From a virus (taxonomy: Duplodnaviria; Heunggongvirae; Uroviricota; Caudoviricetes): 64,000 nt of DNA. The notes beneath the pieces were generated by a model. The model did no database searches. It was not told the origin of the DNA and was given only the letters and a program-made list of their open reading frames with translations. Shown piece by piece: positions 28,400 to 36,565 of this stretch. Position numbers and translations under genes: made by a program. Numbering within the stretch: position 1 is the first letter of the stretch; each line of letters begins with the position of its first letter. The DNA is taken from the IMG/VR virus record IMGVR_UViG_3300031992_000008, positions 64,001-128,000 of that record. One strand, given 5' to 3'.

Positions 28400-28840
28400 C
28401 TAGTGAAGAACAATACAAATATGATTATTAGAATCTTGACTAATAGGTTCTGTCTCTTGTCCATTAGCGGCCAAGTCTTCCTTGATGAAAGCTGCCAATT
28501 TCGTCAGGCAACTATAGTATGCTCGTTCTTTTTCCATAGCACGATTAACTTCTTCATTTGCATGGAAGTATACAAGCACCGTGTCCATAGCGGAAAATGC
28601 GCACTTTTGGTTGCCTCTGGTTGTCGTCGTTATACAAGGTTTGACCATCAGCTGTTTATCCGTATTTATAGATTTAGCATGTTCTACGAAGCATGCCCGG
28701 ATTTTAGCTGAGATTCCTTTTGAAGCTTCTTTAGCATCATCAAGCCAATCGTTAATCATTGAATTTCGTCTCATGGACTCATCGCTTTCTCTTTTCTCTA
28801 TGAGTTTCTTTTCATGTTTAATGTCGTCTAATATGTTCAT
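28400..28840 (-). CDS. Hypothetical protein, distant paralogue of 59058-59495
   Basis: SD GAGG; N-terminal M.I.(D/E)(D/E)IK..K...DWL.D shared with 59058-59495. Confidence 0.72.
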   Translation of the reverse strand: MNILDDIKHEKKLIEKRESDESMRRNSMINDWLDDAKEASKGISAKIRACFVEHAKSINTDKQLMVKPCITTTTRGNQKCAFSAMDTVLVYFHANEEVNRAMEKERAYYSCLTKLAAFIKEDLAANGQETEPISQDSNNHICIVLH

Positions 28841-28880
28841 TATATCCTCTACGCAAAGGTTCGTTATTTTATATGCTGTT

Positions 28881-28920
28881 AAAAAAGAAAAAAGAGAGCC
28901 GCTGTCACTGGCTCTCTTCT
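28881..28920 (-). terminator. Intrinsic terminator with GTGACAGC core
   Basis: GAGAGCC-AGTGACAGC-GGCTCTC followed by TTTTTTCTTTTTT; same core as 59034 and 59654. Confidence 0.8.
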
Positions 28921-28924
28921 TCCT

Positions 28925-29308
28925 CTAGAAGTGGTACTTATCGAGGATTGGAAGCATCTTAGCTTCGTATTCCTTGTGGTACGCTTCTAGAGTTTCTCTT
29001 GCGTCGAGCAATCCATCTGGTTTTGTGTAGCCAGAGGACTGCCAGTCGCACGCCGCTTCACGGAAGTCAAGTTCCGTTTTCGGTTGGTGGTGAGGCACTT
29101 GGGAATGGATCTTCTTGACAAGATCATACGGGATTCCTAATGTGATCATCACTGGTTTATGCAGATCGTGAATCAAGAATCTCGGGTGCCAGCACAAGTG
29201 CCTGATGCCGATTAGGTTCACCATGCTGGCATGGGCGAACCAGTAGACCCAGCACAGGAGTCTGTGAGATTTCCATTTGCCGGGGATCGGGAATATATTG
29301 CGTACCAT
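28925..29308 (-). CDS. HD-like metal-binding protein (DUF5662-like)
   Basis: Start moved to ATG 29308 behind AAAGGAG; IHDLHK, PHH, E..CDW motifs. Confidence 0.55.
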   Translation of the reverse strand: MVRNIFPIPGKWKSHRLLCWVYWFAHASMVNLIGIRHLCWHPRFLIHDLHKPVMITLGIPYDLVKKIHSQVPHHQPKTELDFREAACDWQSSGYTKPDGLLDARETLEAYHKEYEAKMLPILDKYHF

Positions 29309-29340
29309 TTTAGCTCCTTTTGTTAGATTGATACTGTAAT

Positions 29341-29378
29341 TAATATAATGCTGCATACAAAAATTTTACGGATCATAG
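29341..29378 (-). promoter_or_regulatory. Extended early promoter CTATGATCCGTAAAATTTTTGT-N11-TATATTA
   Basis: Same upstream box and identical spacing as 36091, 59611 and 60205, but without the structured leader. Confidence 0.7.
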
Positions 29379-29413
29379 AAAAATTAATAACACCATATAA
29401 ATAACCTGACCAG

Positions 29414-29425
29414 AACTATTTATTA
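29414..29425 (+). promoter_or_regulatory. Putative non-virion-RNAP promoter AACT-N6-TA
   Basis: AACTATTTATTA upstream of 29445. Confidence 0.6.
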
Positions 29426-29444
29426 CTAACTAAAAGGAAATCAA

Positions 29445-30824
29445 ATGCGGTTAGAAATAGTAAACATTGACGAGGCGTTCGATCCTACAAGGGTGATCAC
29501 ATCCAGTGAAGCTCTTGAAAAGGATGGGACATTTGCAAATGACTCTATTTACAGTCCTGGTTTGTTTGGTACTATGGACGGAACGGAAAAGACCTTCTCG
29601 TGCAACTGCGGAGCACTCCGTGGAAGAACTAATGATGGTTTGATCTGTGAAGAATGCCATACAGAATGTAAAGAAAACGGTAATAAGATTGAAAATCTTG
29701 GATGGATTGATATCAGTAATGAATTCAAGCTCATCCACCCGGCTATCTATCCGTTTATCGAAAAGTACATTGGTGCCAAAAGACTAAAGGCGATGTTGTA
29801 CGCCCAGATTCCGATCGATATAGACGGAAATGTTTGTGAAAGCAAAGAACCGAAAACAGCATCTAATCCATATCCAGAATTGATTGGCTTGGGTCTTCCC
29901 GACTTTGAAGCTAACTTTGATGGGATAATGGAACTGTTCAAACCTGCCGCCGGAAAGGATCCGGATAAAATGAAGCTCTATAACTTCATTAGGAAGAACA
30001 GGGATAAGGTGTTTATCAGTAAATTCCCGGTTATTTCTTCGAAGCTTAGACCGTGTTTAGTTAAAGGCAAACAAGTGATTCAGGATGAGCTGAATACAAA
30101 GTATTTGCAGTTGACAAGACTGGTCTCTTGCTATAGAACACTCGGATTCGATAATGAGCCGCTGTCTGTGTTCCCGCTGTTTGCGAAGATGCAACAGTTG
30201 GTGAATGAGCTCTATGACGCTATCATCGAATCCCTGAACGGAAAGACTGGAATTATTAGAAACCTGATGCTGGCTGGAAGATTGAATTTCTCTTCTAGGT
30301 GTGTGATCGTTCCTACTCCGCTCGAAGAAAAGCCTGATGCCGTATACATCCCGTACATTGCAGGATTAGAGCTTATGAAGCTTCAAGTGATGGGTAGACT
30401 TCACAGAGACTATCATCTGGCTTTGGAAGAAGCTAGAGTGCGAATTGAAAACGCACAGAGAGAATTCGATGAAACAGTATATAATCTAGCGGTTGAAGAG
30501 CTTGGTGAGAATGGTTTCCCTGCAATTCTGAACAGAAACCCGAGTATTGCACTTGGTTCGTTACAGAAGGTCAGGGTAACTAAGATTAAGAGAGATCCTA
30601 CTGATTACACGATGAACATCAGCGTGATGATCTTTACTCCTCTTAATGCCGACCTTGATGGTGACGTGTTGAATCTGTTCTTGCTGCCTAATAATGGTAA
30701 AGCGGCGTTCAACAATATCCGACCGTTCGATCTCATCTTTGATTTCAACTCAGGCGAAGTTTCTAACGATTTTCTGCCAAGAAAAGACTATCGAGTAGGA
30801 CTTGATTTCTTAGTATCAACATAG
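29445..30824 (+). CDS. Multisubunit RNA polymerase beta' N-terminal/catalytic subunit (non-virion type, AR9 gp270-like)
   Basis: Zn ribbon CNCG...CEEC, LGWIDI, PVISSKLRP, GKTG.IR, GRLNFSSRCVI, LNRNPS, catalytic NADLDGD. Confidence 0.92.
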   Translation: MRLEIVNIDEAFDPTRVITSSEALEKDGTFANDSIYSPGLFGTMDGTEKTFSCNCGALRGRTNDGLICEECHTECKENGNKIENLGWIDISNEFKLIHPAIYPFIEKYIGAKRLKAMLYAQIPIDIDGNVCESKEPKTASNPYPELIGLGLPDFEANFDGIMELFKPAAGKDPDKMKLYNFIRKNRDKVFISKFPVISSKLRPCLVKGKQVIQDELNTKYLQLTRLVSCYRTLGFDNEPLSVFPLFAKMQQLVNELYDAIIESLNGKTGIIRNLMLAGRLNFSSRCVIVPTPLEEKPDAVYIPYIAGLELMKLQVMGRLHRDYHLALEEARVRIENAQREFDETVYNLAVEELGENGFPAILNRNPSIALGSLQKVRVTKIKRDPTDYTMNISVMIFTPLNADLDGDVLNLFLLPNNGKAAFNNIRPFDLIFDFNSGEVSNDFLPRKDYRVGLDFLVST

Positions 30825-30833
30825 GAAACATGA

Positions 30834-31052
30834 ATGGCTAAAGAAGAAGGCATAACCGTAGACGGAAAATGTGTAGAGTGTCTCGGTGAAGGACGCTACA
30901 AAATCGCACTTGAAAATGGGTGCGAAGTAATTTGTACTTTGAAAGGCAACCTCAGAAGGCATTTTATTCGAGTACTGCCAGACGACAAGGTGCAGATTGA
31001 AATTTCCCCCTATGACTTGACTAGGGGATTCATCAAATATCGATACAAGTAA
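30834..31052 (+). CDS. infA: Translation initiation factor IF-1
   Basis: 72 aa; MAKEEGI, LENG, RRHFIRVLPDDKVQIEISPYDLTRG.I.YRYK. Confidence 0.93.
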   Translation: MAKEEGITVDGKCVECLGEGRYKIALENGCEVICTLKGNLRRHFIRVLPDDKVQIEISPYDLTRGFIKYRYK

Positions 31053-31085
31053 AAAAGGACGGCGAACGCCGTTCTTTTTATTTTG
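31052..31085 (+). terminator. Intrinsic terminator
   Basis: GACGGC-gaac-GCCGTT followed by CTTTTTATTTT. Confidence 0.7.
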
Positions 31086-31119
31086 TATACTAGTGCTATC
31101 TCACAATAAAAGGAAATCT

Positions 31120-31329
31120 ATGAACCCTTTACTCGTAAAAGCAGCTGTTGATTTAGGACAAAAAGCCTTGTGCGCAGCTGGTTTAGCAGCATTGAAGATT
31201 CTTTCCGATAAGCTGCAGGAGAAACAAGCGAAGATGAAGATGGCAGCAGCTGAAAAGGCTGAAGTCTCTTCTGTTATCACTGTTGTTCCTGACGAGCCAA
31301 AAATGAAAGAGGAAAATAGCACTAACTAG
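31120..31329 (+). CDS. Small hypothetical protein
   Basis: Start moved to ATG 31120 behind AAAGGA. Confidence 0.6.
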   Translation: MNPLLVKAAVDLGQKALCAAGLAALKILSDKLQEKQAKMKMAAAEKAEVSSVITVVPDEPKMKEENSTN

Positions 31330-31373
31330 CTTCATCAATCCTCCTAACTTTAAATAAAGTAGCGAGGATTTTT

Positions 31374-31898
31374 ATGAAGGCACTTCTAATATGTGGCCCA
31401 TCTGGGTCAGGAAAATCGACGTTTGTACGTCAACTCATTAGACAATATCCGGACAGGTACATCAAGGCTGTTCAATACACAACTCGGCCAAGACGAGATG
31501 GTGAGGCAGAAAACGAGTACATGTTTGTAACACCGGATGAGTTTAAGAAGGTTCACAGTTCTCTGGTTGGCATTACTCATGTCAATGGAAATGTGTACGG
31601 AAGCAAGATCAGCTTTGATGAGGAGAAGATTCAGATCTTCATTCTCAATAAGGAAGGAATCTCTGATTTTCAGTACATGGCTATGAGCTTCAAAGATGCT
31701 GAAGTAAAGACTCTGGGTGTCTACAGAGATCTTGAAAAGTGTTGCGAAGCCAGAGCTAGCCGTGACCGAGAATTCATCAAAGAGGAATTCAAGACCTTGT
31801 CTTTGGCGAATGCAATATTCCAAAATGTGACAGAGGAAATCACACCAGAGACTATTTCTGACTTAAATGAGGTCATAAAGAAATTGTTCGGGGAATGA
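31374..31898 (+). CDS. gmk: Guanylate kinase-like nucleotide kinase
   Basis: P-loop GPSGSGKST, YTTRPRRDGE..EYMFV, GNVYG. Confidence 0.88.
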   Translation: MKALLICGPSGSGKSTFVRQLIRQYPDRYIKAVQYTTRPRRDGEAENEYMFVTPDEFKKVHSSLVGITHVNGNVYGSKISFDEEKIQIFILNKEGISDFQYMAMSFKDAEVKTLGVYRDLEKCCEARASRDREFIKEEFKTLSLANAIFQNVTEEITPETISDLNEVIKKLFGE

Positions 31899-32728
31899 TT
31901 ATGATGAGTGAAAAACTCGCCATGAAAGCTTCATATACGGATCCAACCGTAGAAATCCTATACGGAATGTCACCTAATCTTATTCGTGAATACGATATGA
32001 GTAGTGCTGGCCTGTCCGTCATCAAGGATCGGAAGCTATTACCCGATGAAGACATAAAAAGACTATCGGCTATGCCGAAGTACGAACGTAATGTAGTCAT
32101 CGGTAAGATCCGAGCTATTGACAAAGATTTTTCGAAGAAGCTATCATCCGGCGTTCGCGAATCTGTCAAAACATTCCTAAATGAAAATGGCTATGAGGAC
32201 GACAACCTTTTAGCCATCAACAATGACTCTGTGACAGTTCTTGAGCATAGATTGAATAATCCTAAATTAGACTTTGGCGAAGTCCATTTCAGACGAGCCG
32301 AGGAATATGTAGGATATCTTAGACTTAACAGGTTTACAATCTTTGCGAACAGAGACTTACGGAGTTTAAAGATCAAAGGAGTAGGGGAAACTGCCAGACG
32401 TGCCTTTCAGGAGGGTCTGGGTAAAGTATTCCTCTCTTGGTTCAAGAGATTAGATCGAGGAGAACAATCTATCAATCTCTTGCCCGACCTAAGAGACCTA
32501 AAGCGTGAAATCGTGGAATTGAGAGCACCAACAGCGTACTATATAAGCTTAAAGAATGGGTTCATACCCATGAATATGAAGCTTCAGTCAGCTGGTACAG
32601 TGTATCATTTCTATGCGGATTTTCCAGACGAGTTCCGGGAGGAGATCGACTTGAACCCGGTTTTGGAAGAAACCATATTACCGCTTTGTAGAATACTTAA
32701 AAATGGAAAGAGTGCGTTCAACTCGTAA
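31895..32728 (+). CDS. Hypothetical protein with polymerase-palm-like acidic motifs
   Basis: IREYDMSSAG (motif-A-like) and AINNDSV (motif-C-like); lies between gmk and the ligase. Confidence 0.5.
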   Translation: MIMMSEKLAMKASYTDPTVEILYGMSPNLIREYDMSSAGLSVIKDRKLLPDEDIKRLSAMPKYERNVVIGKIRAIDKDFSKKLSSGVRESVKTFLNENGYEDDNLLAINNDSVTVLEHRLNNPKLDFGEVHFRRAEEYVGYLRLNRFTIFANRDLRSLKIKGVGETARRAFQEGLGKVFLSWFKRLDRGEQSINLLPDLRDLKREIVELRAPTAYYISLKNGFIPMNMKLQSAGTVYHFYADFPDEFREEIDLNPVLEETILPLCRILKNGKSAFNS

Positions 32729-32801
32729 TTGACCATGCTTCATGAGAAGATGGTTGAGGTGGATGGTTCCCCACCTGTTTACTCCTTTGGTTAGGTTAGA
32801 G

Positions 32802-32833
32802 GCGGTAGCTCTTCGGAGCTACCGTTTCTTTTT
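32802..32833 (+). terminator. Intrinsic terminator (UUCG loop)
   Basis: GCGGTAGCTC-TTCG-GAGCTACCGT followed by TTCTTTTT. Confidence 0.8.
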
Positions 32834-32836
32834 GGA

Positions 32837-34174
32837 ATGATTATGATAACAGAAATTCTTGACAAAATTAAGAGTACACCAGGATCGGCTAAAAAGACTA
32901 TCTTAAGAGATAATCTTAATGCTGTTAAACCCATTCTAGACGATTGTTATACTTCAGATGTTTATGGAGTATTGAACTATCCGCTTCTTGCTTCTGGTGA
33001 AAAGACTATTGACCAGAATTACGGAGAGTTCCACGATCTTCTTCAAAAGCTCGCAAAACGAGAGCTTACTGGCGGAGCCGCTGTAACGGCTGTGTCAGAT
33101 CTCATTGGGCAATTTAAGAAAGAAGATCAGCTGTATCTTGATTGTGTGCTTCAGCATAATATGAAGATTGGCATTACGGAGAAATCTTACAAACAGATTT
33201 CTTGTCCGTCTGAAATTCGCTATGAAGTTGCACTTGCAAAGAACATTAAAGATGTCAAGGGAGTAAATCCTCTTGATGGTACGTATTTTGCTAGCCGAAA
33301 GCTAGATGGCGTACGCTGTACGTGCCAATTTACCGTCGTGAATCATGAGACTTCTGATATTATCTTTAAATCCAGAACGAACCATGAATTTACTACATTA
33401 GACAATCTCAAGCCATTCGTGAAAGAGATTGGAAGCGTCATCGATACGGACGATACTTATGTGTTCGACGGTGAATGTTGTAAGATAGACGAGAATGGCA
33501 ACGAGGACTTTAAGTCCATTATGAAGGAAGTAACGAAGAAGGATTACACCATTGAAAAACCTTCTTACAGAGTTTTTGACTTTCTTACATTGAAAGAATT
33601 TAACATGGTCGAAATGAGTCCTACATTTAGCGACCGTTATGCGACTATGACAGCATTGCACCAAGAAGCTATGGAACACTCGGCAGATCCCAGAAGCCTC
33701 TTCTTTGCAATTCAAGTACTGCACCAAGAGCGAATCAAATCTAAAGAAGATTACGATAGATGGCGTGAGTACGTTGCCACTGGCAACTGGGAAGGCTTTA
33801 TGCTTCGCAAAGACTGTCCGTATGAAAATGGACGTACTAAGAACTTGCTGAAGGTAAAAGAATTCTTTGATGCCGAGTTTGTTGTAAACAGCATTGAGAT
33901 AGGTGATAAGACCTACTCTGTAGCTGGAAAGGGTAATGTTGAATTTAAGGACTGTTGTACAGGTCTCAACATCACCTATAAAGGAAATACTGTCACTGTC
34001 GGAAGTGGGTTGACGAAGCAACAGTCTCTAGATTGGGCTAAAGATCCTTCCAAGATTATTGGAAAGACAATTACCGTCCAATACTTTGAAGAGACTACCG
34101 ATGACAAGACAGGTTTACCGAGTTTGAGATTCCCAACACTTAAGTATGTTTATGAATCTGGGAGATCGGTGTAA
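32837..34174 (+). CDS. ATP-dependent DNA ligase
   Basis: Motif I SRKLDGVRC, VFDGE, YRVFDFL, WEGFMLR, LLKVK, VGSG, SLRFP. Confidence 0.95.
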   Translation: MIMITEILDKIKSTPGSAKKTILRDNLNAVKPILDDCYTSDVYGVLNYPLLASGEKTIDQNYGEFHDLLQKLAKRELTGGAAVTAVSDLIGQFKKEDQLYLDCVLQHNMKIGITEKSYKQISCPSEIRYEVALAKNIKDVKGVNPLDGTYFASRKLDGVRCTCQFTVVNHETSDIIFKSRTNHEFTTLDNLKPFVKEIGSVIDTDDTYVFDGECCKIDENGNEDFKSIMKEVTKKDYTIEKPSYRVFDFLTLKEFNMVEMSPTFSDRYATMTALHQEAMEHSADPRSLFFAIQVLHQERIKSKEDYDRWREYVATGNWEGFMLRKDCPYENGRTKNLLKVKEFFDAEFVVNSIEIGDKTYSVAGKGNVEFKDCCTGLNITYKGNTVTVGSGLTKQQSLDWAKDPSKIIGKTITVQYFEETTDDKTGLPSLRFPTLKYVYESGRSV

Positions 34175-34201
34175 CCCCCGAACTTCTAATCGAGGTTACT
34201 T

Positions 34202-34396
34202 ATGAACAAGATCACTAGGCATAATGAAGTGCTTGAGGAAATTAAGACATCCTTAGCCAAAAAGAAAGAGCTTGAGACAGCTTACAAAGCAGAGTCCAAG
34301 CATCTTGACGACCTTTTGAAAGAAGAAAAGGATCTCTTTCAGCAGATTCAGAAAGAGTCCTTATTCAGTTCCGTAGACAAGGATGACACAATATGA
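34202..34396 (+). CDS. Small coiled-coil protein
   Basis: SD GAGG; ATGA overlap with the helicase. Confidence 0.7.
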   Translation: MNKITRHNEVLEEIKTSLAKKKELETAYKAESKHLDDLLKEEKDLFQQIQKESLFSSVDKDDTI

Positions 34397-35733
34397 CTTA
34401 TGAGGAACGGACTAGAGCCGAAGTTGAAGCATTGCTCAATAAGGCTACAAAGAAGAGCAAGGAAGAGCATGAAGAGATTGTCCTTGACCCTTCGCAGAAG
34501 TCCGCCATAGGCAAAATTAAAGAGTGGTTCACTAAGAACGACTCTTTAATTTTTGTACTGTCTGGCAGGGCTGGTACAGGAAAATCTACCATTATAAACA
34601 AGGTTATTGAGGAATTAAGGCTTCGCGAAGACGAAGTCCGCTATTTAGCTCCTACTGGAAAGGCTGTATCTGTCCTTAGAAGTAAGGGTATTAGAAAGGC
34701 TATGACTATCCATAGTTTCATCTACAGATTTGATGGATCTTCCTATAAAAATCAGAAGGTTTTGAAGGAAAAATCTATGATCCTGAAGATGTGTGATGAG
34801 GGAAACTATGAAGAAGCTGTATCTGTTCTGGATAACATTGAAGAATCAAAACGTGGCAAAAAGAAACCTAAGCTTTATTTTTCCTCTAGGAAGGTTCGAG
34901 GATTAAATAATCTTAAGCTGATTGTTGTTGATGAGTCATCTATGATTAATGATGACGAAGTTGAAGATATCACTAACCTTGGTATCAAGACCATCTTTGT
35001 AGGAGACAATGCGCAGCTTCCGCCAGTAGAAGGTGTTAATTCTATCATGGACGAGCCTGACGCAGAGATCCTAAAGATCCATAGACAGACAGAAGGAAGC
35101 GGAATTATCAAATTGGCTAATCTGATTATGGATTACCCGGACATGAAATTCCTTGAGGATACTTCCTTTGGTCACGATGTGGAGGCTATCACTAGACAAG
35201 AACTTAGCTATAGACTTTATGAGTTAATCAGTAGCAGACAGTGGCAATTCTTGACCGTTACTAACAGAGAGAAGGATAGCATCAATAATTCTTCTAGGCA
35301 TGTTCTTGGATACAGTGATTCTAAGTTTCCAAAGGTAGGCGAACTATTGCTTGCTAAGGGTGGTCATAAAGATACTGGAATAGTTAACGGTATTCAAGGC
35401 AAGGTTATTGAGGACTTTACTGAATCTGAGATAGAGCATGATTCTATTAGATATTGGGTTATTGTAGGCAGAATACAGCTCATGGATGGCACTGGAGCCA
35501 AGGTTCCGGTAATCATGAGACGCAACAATTTCCTATCTGGCTCCCTTTATGAATTCGAAGACGGAGAAAGCCTATGGGAGTATGGTTACGCTATGACTGT
35601 CCATAAGTCTCAGGGTTCTCAATGGCCTAATGTCGTCTATATTTTTGATGACTGTTTGAATCACCTGAATAAGCTAAATTATACGGCGGTGACTAGAGCA
35701 TCAAAGAGATTGATATTCGTGACAAAGGCGTAA
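34393..35733 (+). CDS. Dda/RecD-like SF1B DNA helicase
   Basis: GRAGTGKST, APTGKA, TIHS, VDESSMI, GDNAQLPPV, IHRQ, YAMTVHKSQGSQW, YTAVTRA. Confidence 0.93.
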   Translation: MTYEERTRAEVEALLNKATKKSKEEHEEIVLDPSQKSAIGKIKEWFTKNDSLIFVLSGRAGTGKSTIINKVIEELRLREDEVRYLAPTGKAVSVLRSKGIRKAMTIHSFIYRFDGSSYKNQKVLKEKSMILKMCDEGNYEEAVSVLDNIEESKRGKKKPKLYFSSRKVRGLNNLKLIVVDESSMINDDEVEDITNLGIKTIFVGDNAQLPPVEGVNSIMDEPDAEILKIHRQTEGSGIIKLANLIMDYPDMKFLEDTSFGHDVEAITRQELSYRLYELISSRQWQFLTVTNREKDSINNSSRHVLGYSDSKFPKVGELLLAKGGHKDTGIVNGIQGKVIEDFTESEIEHDSIRYWVIVGRIQLMDGTGAKVPVIMRRNNFLSGSLYEFEDGESLWEYGYAMTVHKSQGSQWPNVVYIFDDCLNHLNKLNYTAVTRASKRLIFVTKA

Positions 35734-35793
35734 TTTTAAATATGACGATCTCATATTAAAATTTGCCATTAACTAAACAATCATGGAGGTTTT

Positions 35794-36036
35794 ATGTTGG
35801 CATACTTCTTTATCGTTACTCTCTTCGCAGCATTTCTCCGTAAGGAACGCCATTGTTACGGCTGGTGCTTGATCACTTCGATCCTATGTTTCTTCGAATG
35901 GTCTTTGATGACCTTTGATGCAGCATGGGTGGCATCGGCAATCGTCTGGGCCATAGCCTGTAGTCGTTGGGTGTACGTCTTTATGACAATCTCCCAAGAT
36001 GAAGACAAGGCGAGAGAAGAGTTCCTTCTGTCCTAG
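35794..36036 (+). CDS. Small multi-TM membrane protein
   Basis: SD GGAGG; three hydrophobic stretches; CATATTA at 35752. Confidence 0.7.
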   Translation: MLAYFFIVTLFAAFLRKERHCYGWCLITSILCFFEWSLMTFDAAWVASAIVWAIACSRWVYVFMTISQDEDKAREEFLLS

Positions 36037-36061
36037 CCTACTAGGGCGACCAATCAGAAAG

Positions 36062-36090
36062 GGTGGAGACTTCGGTCTCCATTCTTTTTT
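36062..36090 (+). terminator. Intrinsic terminator (UUCG loop)
   Basis: TGGAGAC-TTCG-GTCTCCA followed by TTCTTTTTT. Confidence 0.8.
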
Positions 36091-36206
36091 CTAAGATCCG
36101 TAAAATTTTTATCTATGATCCCATATTACTTTATGCTGAATAGTACCTGAATGATGCGAGTGCACGTTCTTGATCCTGCTATGAAGCAAACCTAAAGAGG
36201 TATATT
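36091..36206 (+). promoter_or_regulatory. Extended early promoter plus structured 5' leader, copy 1 (hairpin 36134-36188)
   Basis: ~115-nt element highly similar to 59496-59611 and 60091-60205 (both minus), with compensatory stem changes. Confidence 0.8.
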
Positions 36207-36497
36207 ATGTTGAACGAACTCATTGGTGTCATCATCGCCGCATTCCTGATTGGATGTCTCGTTACATCACTCACGAAGAATAAGTCCAATATCTTTTGTG
36301 CGTGGGTGACGGTAATCTGGTTCGCAGTTGCTTCTGTAAGAACATTCTTCGTTCAGGACTACGATCCTGATTTGAAGTATGACTACGAACTCTGGACTGC
36401 GACTAGGGCAACTCTCTTCATACTCACGGCTCTCTTTGTATGGAGACTGTCGTGGTTGAGGACTCACAGAGCTGCATCTAAGAAGGAGGGGAACTAG
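36207..36497 (+). CDS. Small multi-TM membrane protein
   Basis: SD AAGAGG right after the leader; three hydrophobic helices. Confidence 0.75.
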   Translation: MLNELIGVIIAAFLIGCLVTSLTKNKSNIFCAWVTVIWFAVASVRTFFVQDYDPDLKYDYELWTATRATLFILTALFVWRLSWLRTHRAASKKEGN

Positions 36498-36532
36498 TTT
36501 CCCTTTCTTTTTTTGTACCTTTTATATGGATG

Positions 36533-36544
36533 AACTTCATATTG
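36533..36544 (+). promoter_or_regulatory. Putative non-virion-RNAP promoter AACT-N6-TG
   Basis: AACTTCATATTG upstream of the structural operon. Confidence 0.65.
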
Positions 36545-36565
36545 AAAAATTTTAAAGGAGGCTAT

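Noticed and set aside
34181-34192. Further AACT promoter copies at 34181, 31346 and 35771
   Set aside because: They lack the terminal T(A/G), so they were left out of the count.
5214-35733. Introns or inteins in RNAP, polymerase, helicase, recombinase or ligase genes
   Set aside because: Motif spacing is continuous, with no intein-like C...HN insertions or homing endonuclease ORFs seen.
36191-36209. TATATTA inside GAGGTATATTATG as an early promoter (also at 60090)
   Set aside because: It is the SD-to-ATG spacer and overlaps the start codon, leaving no room for a transcript to include the SD.
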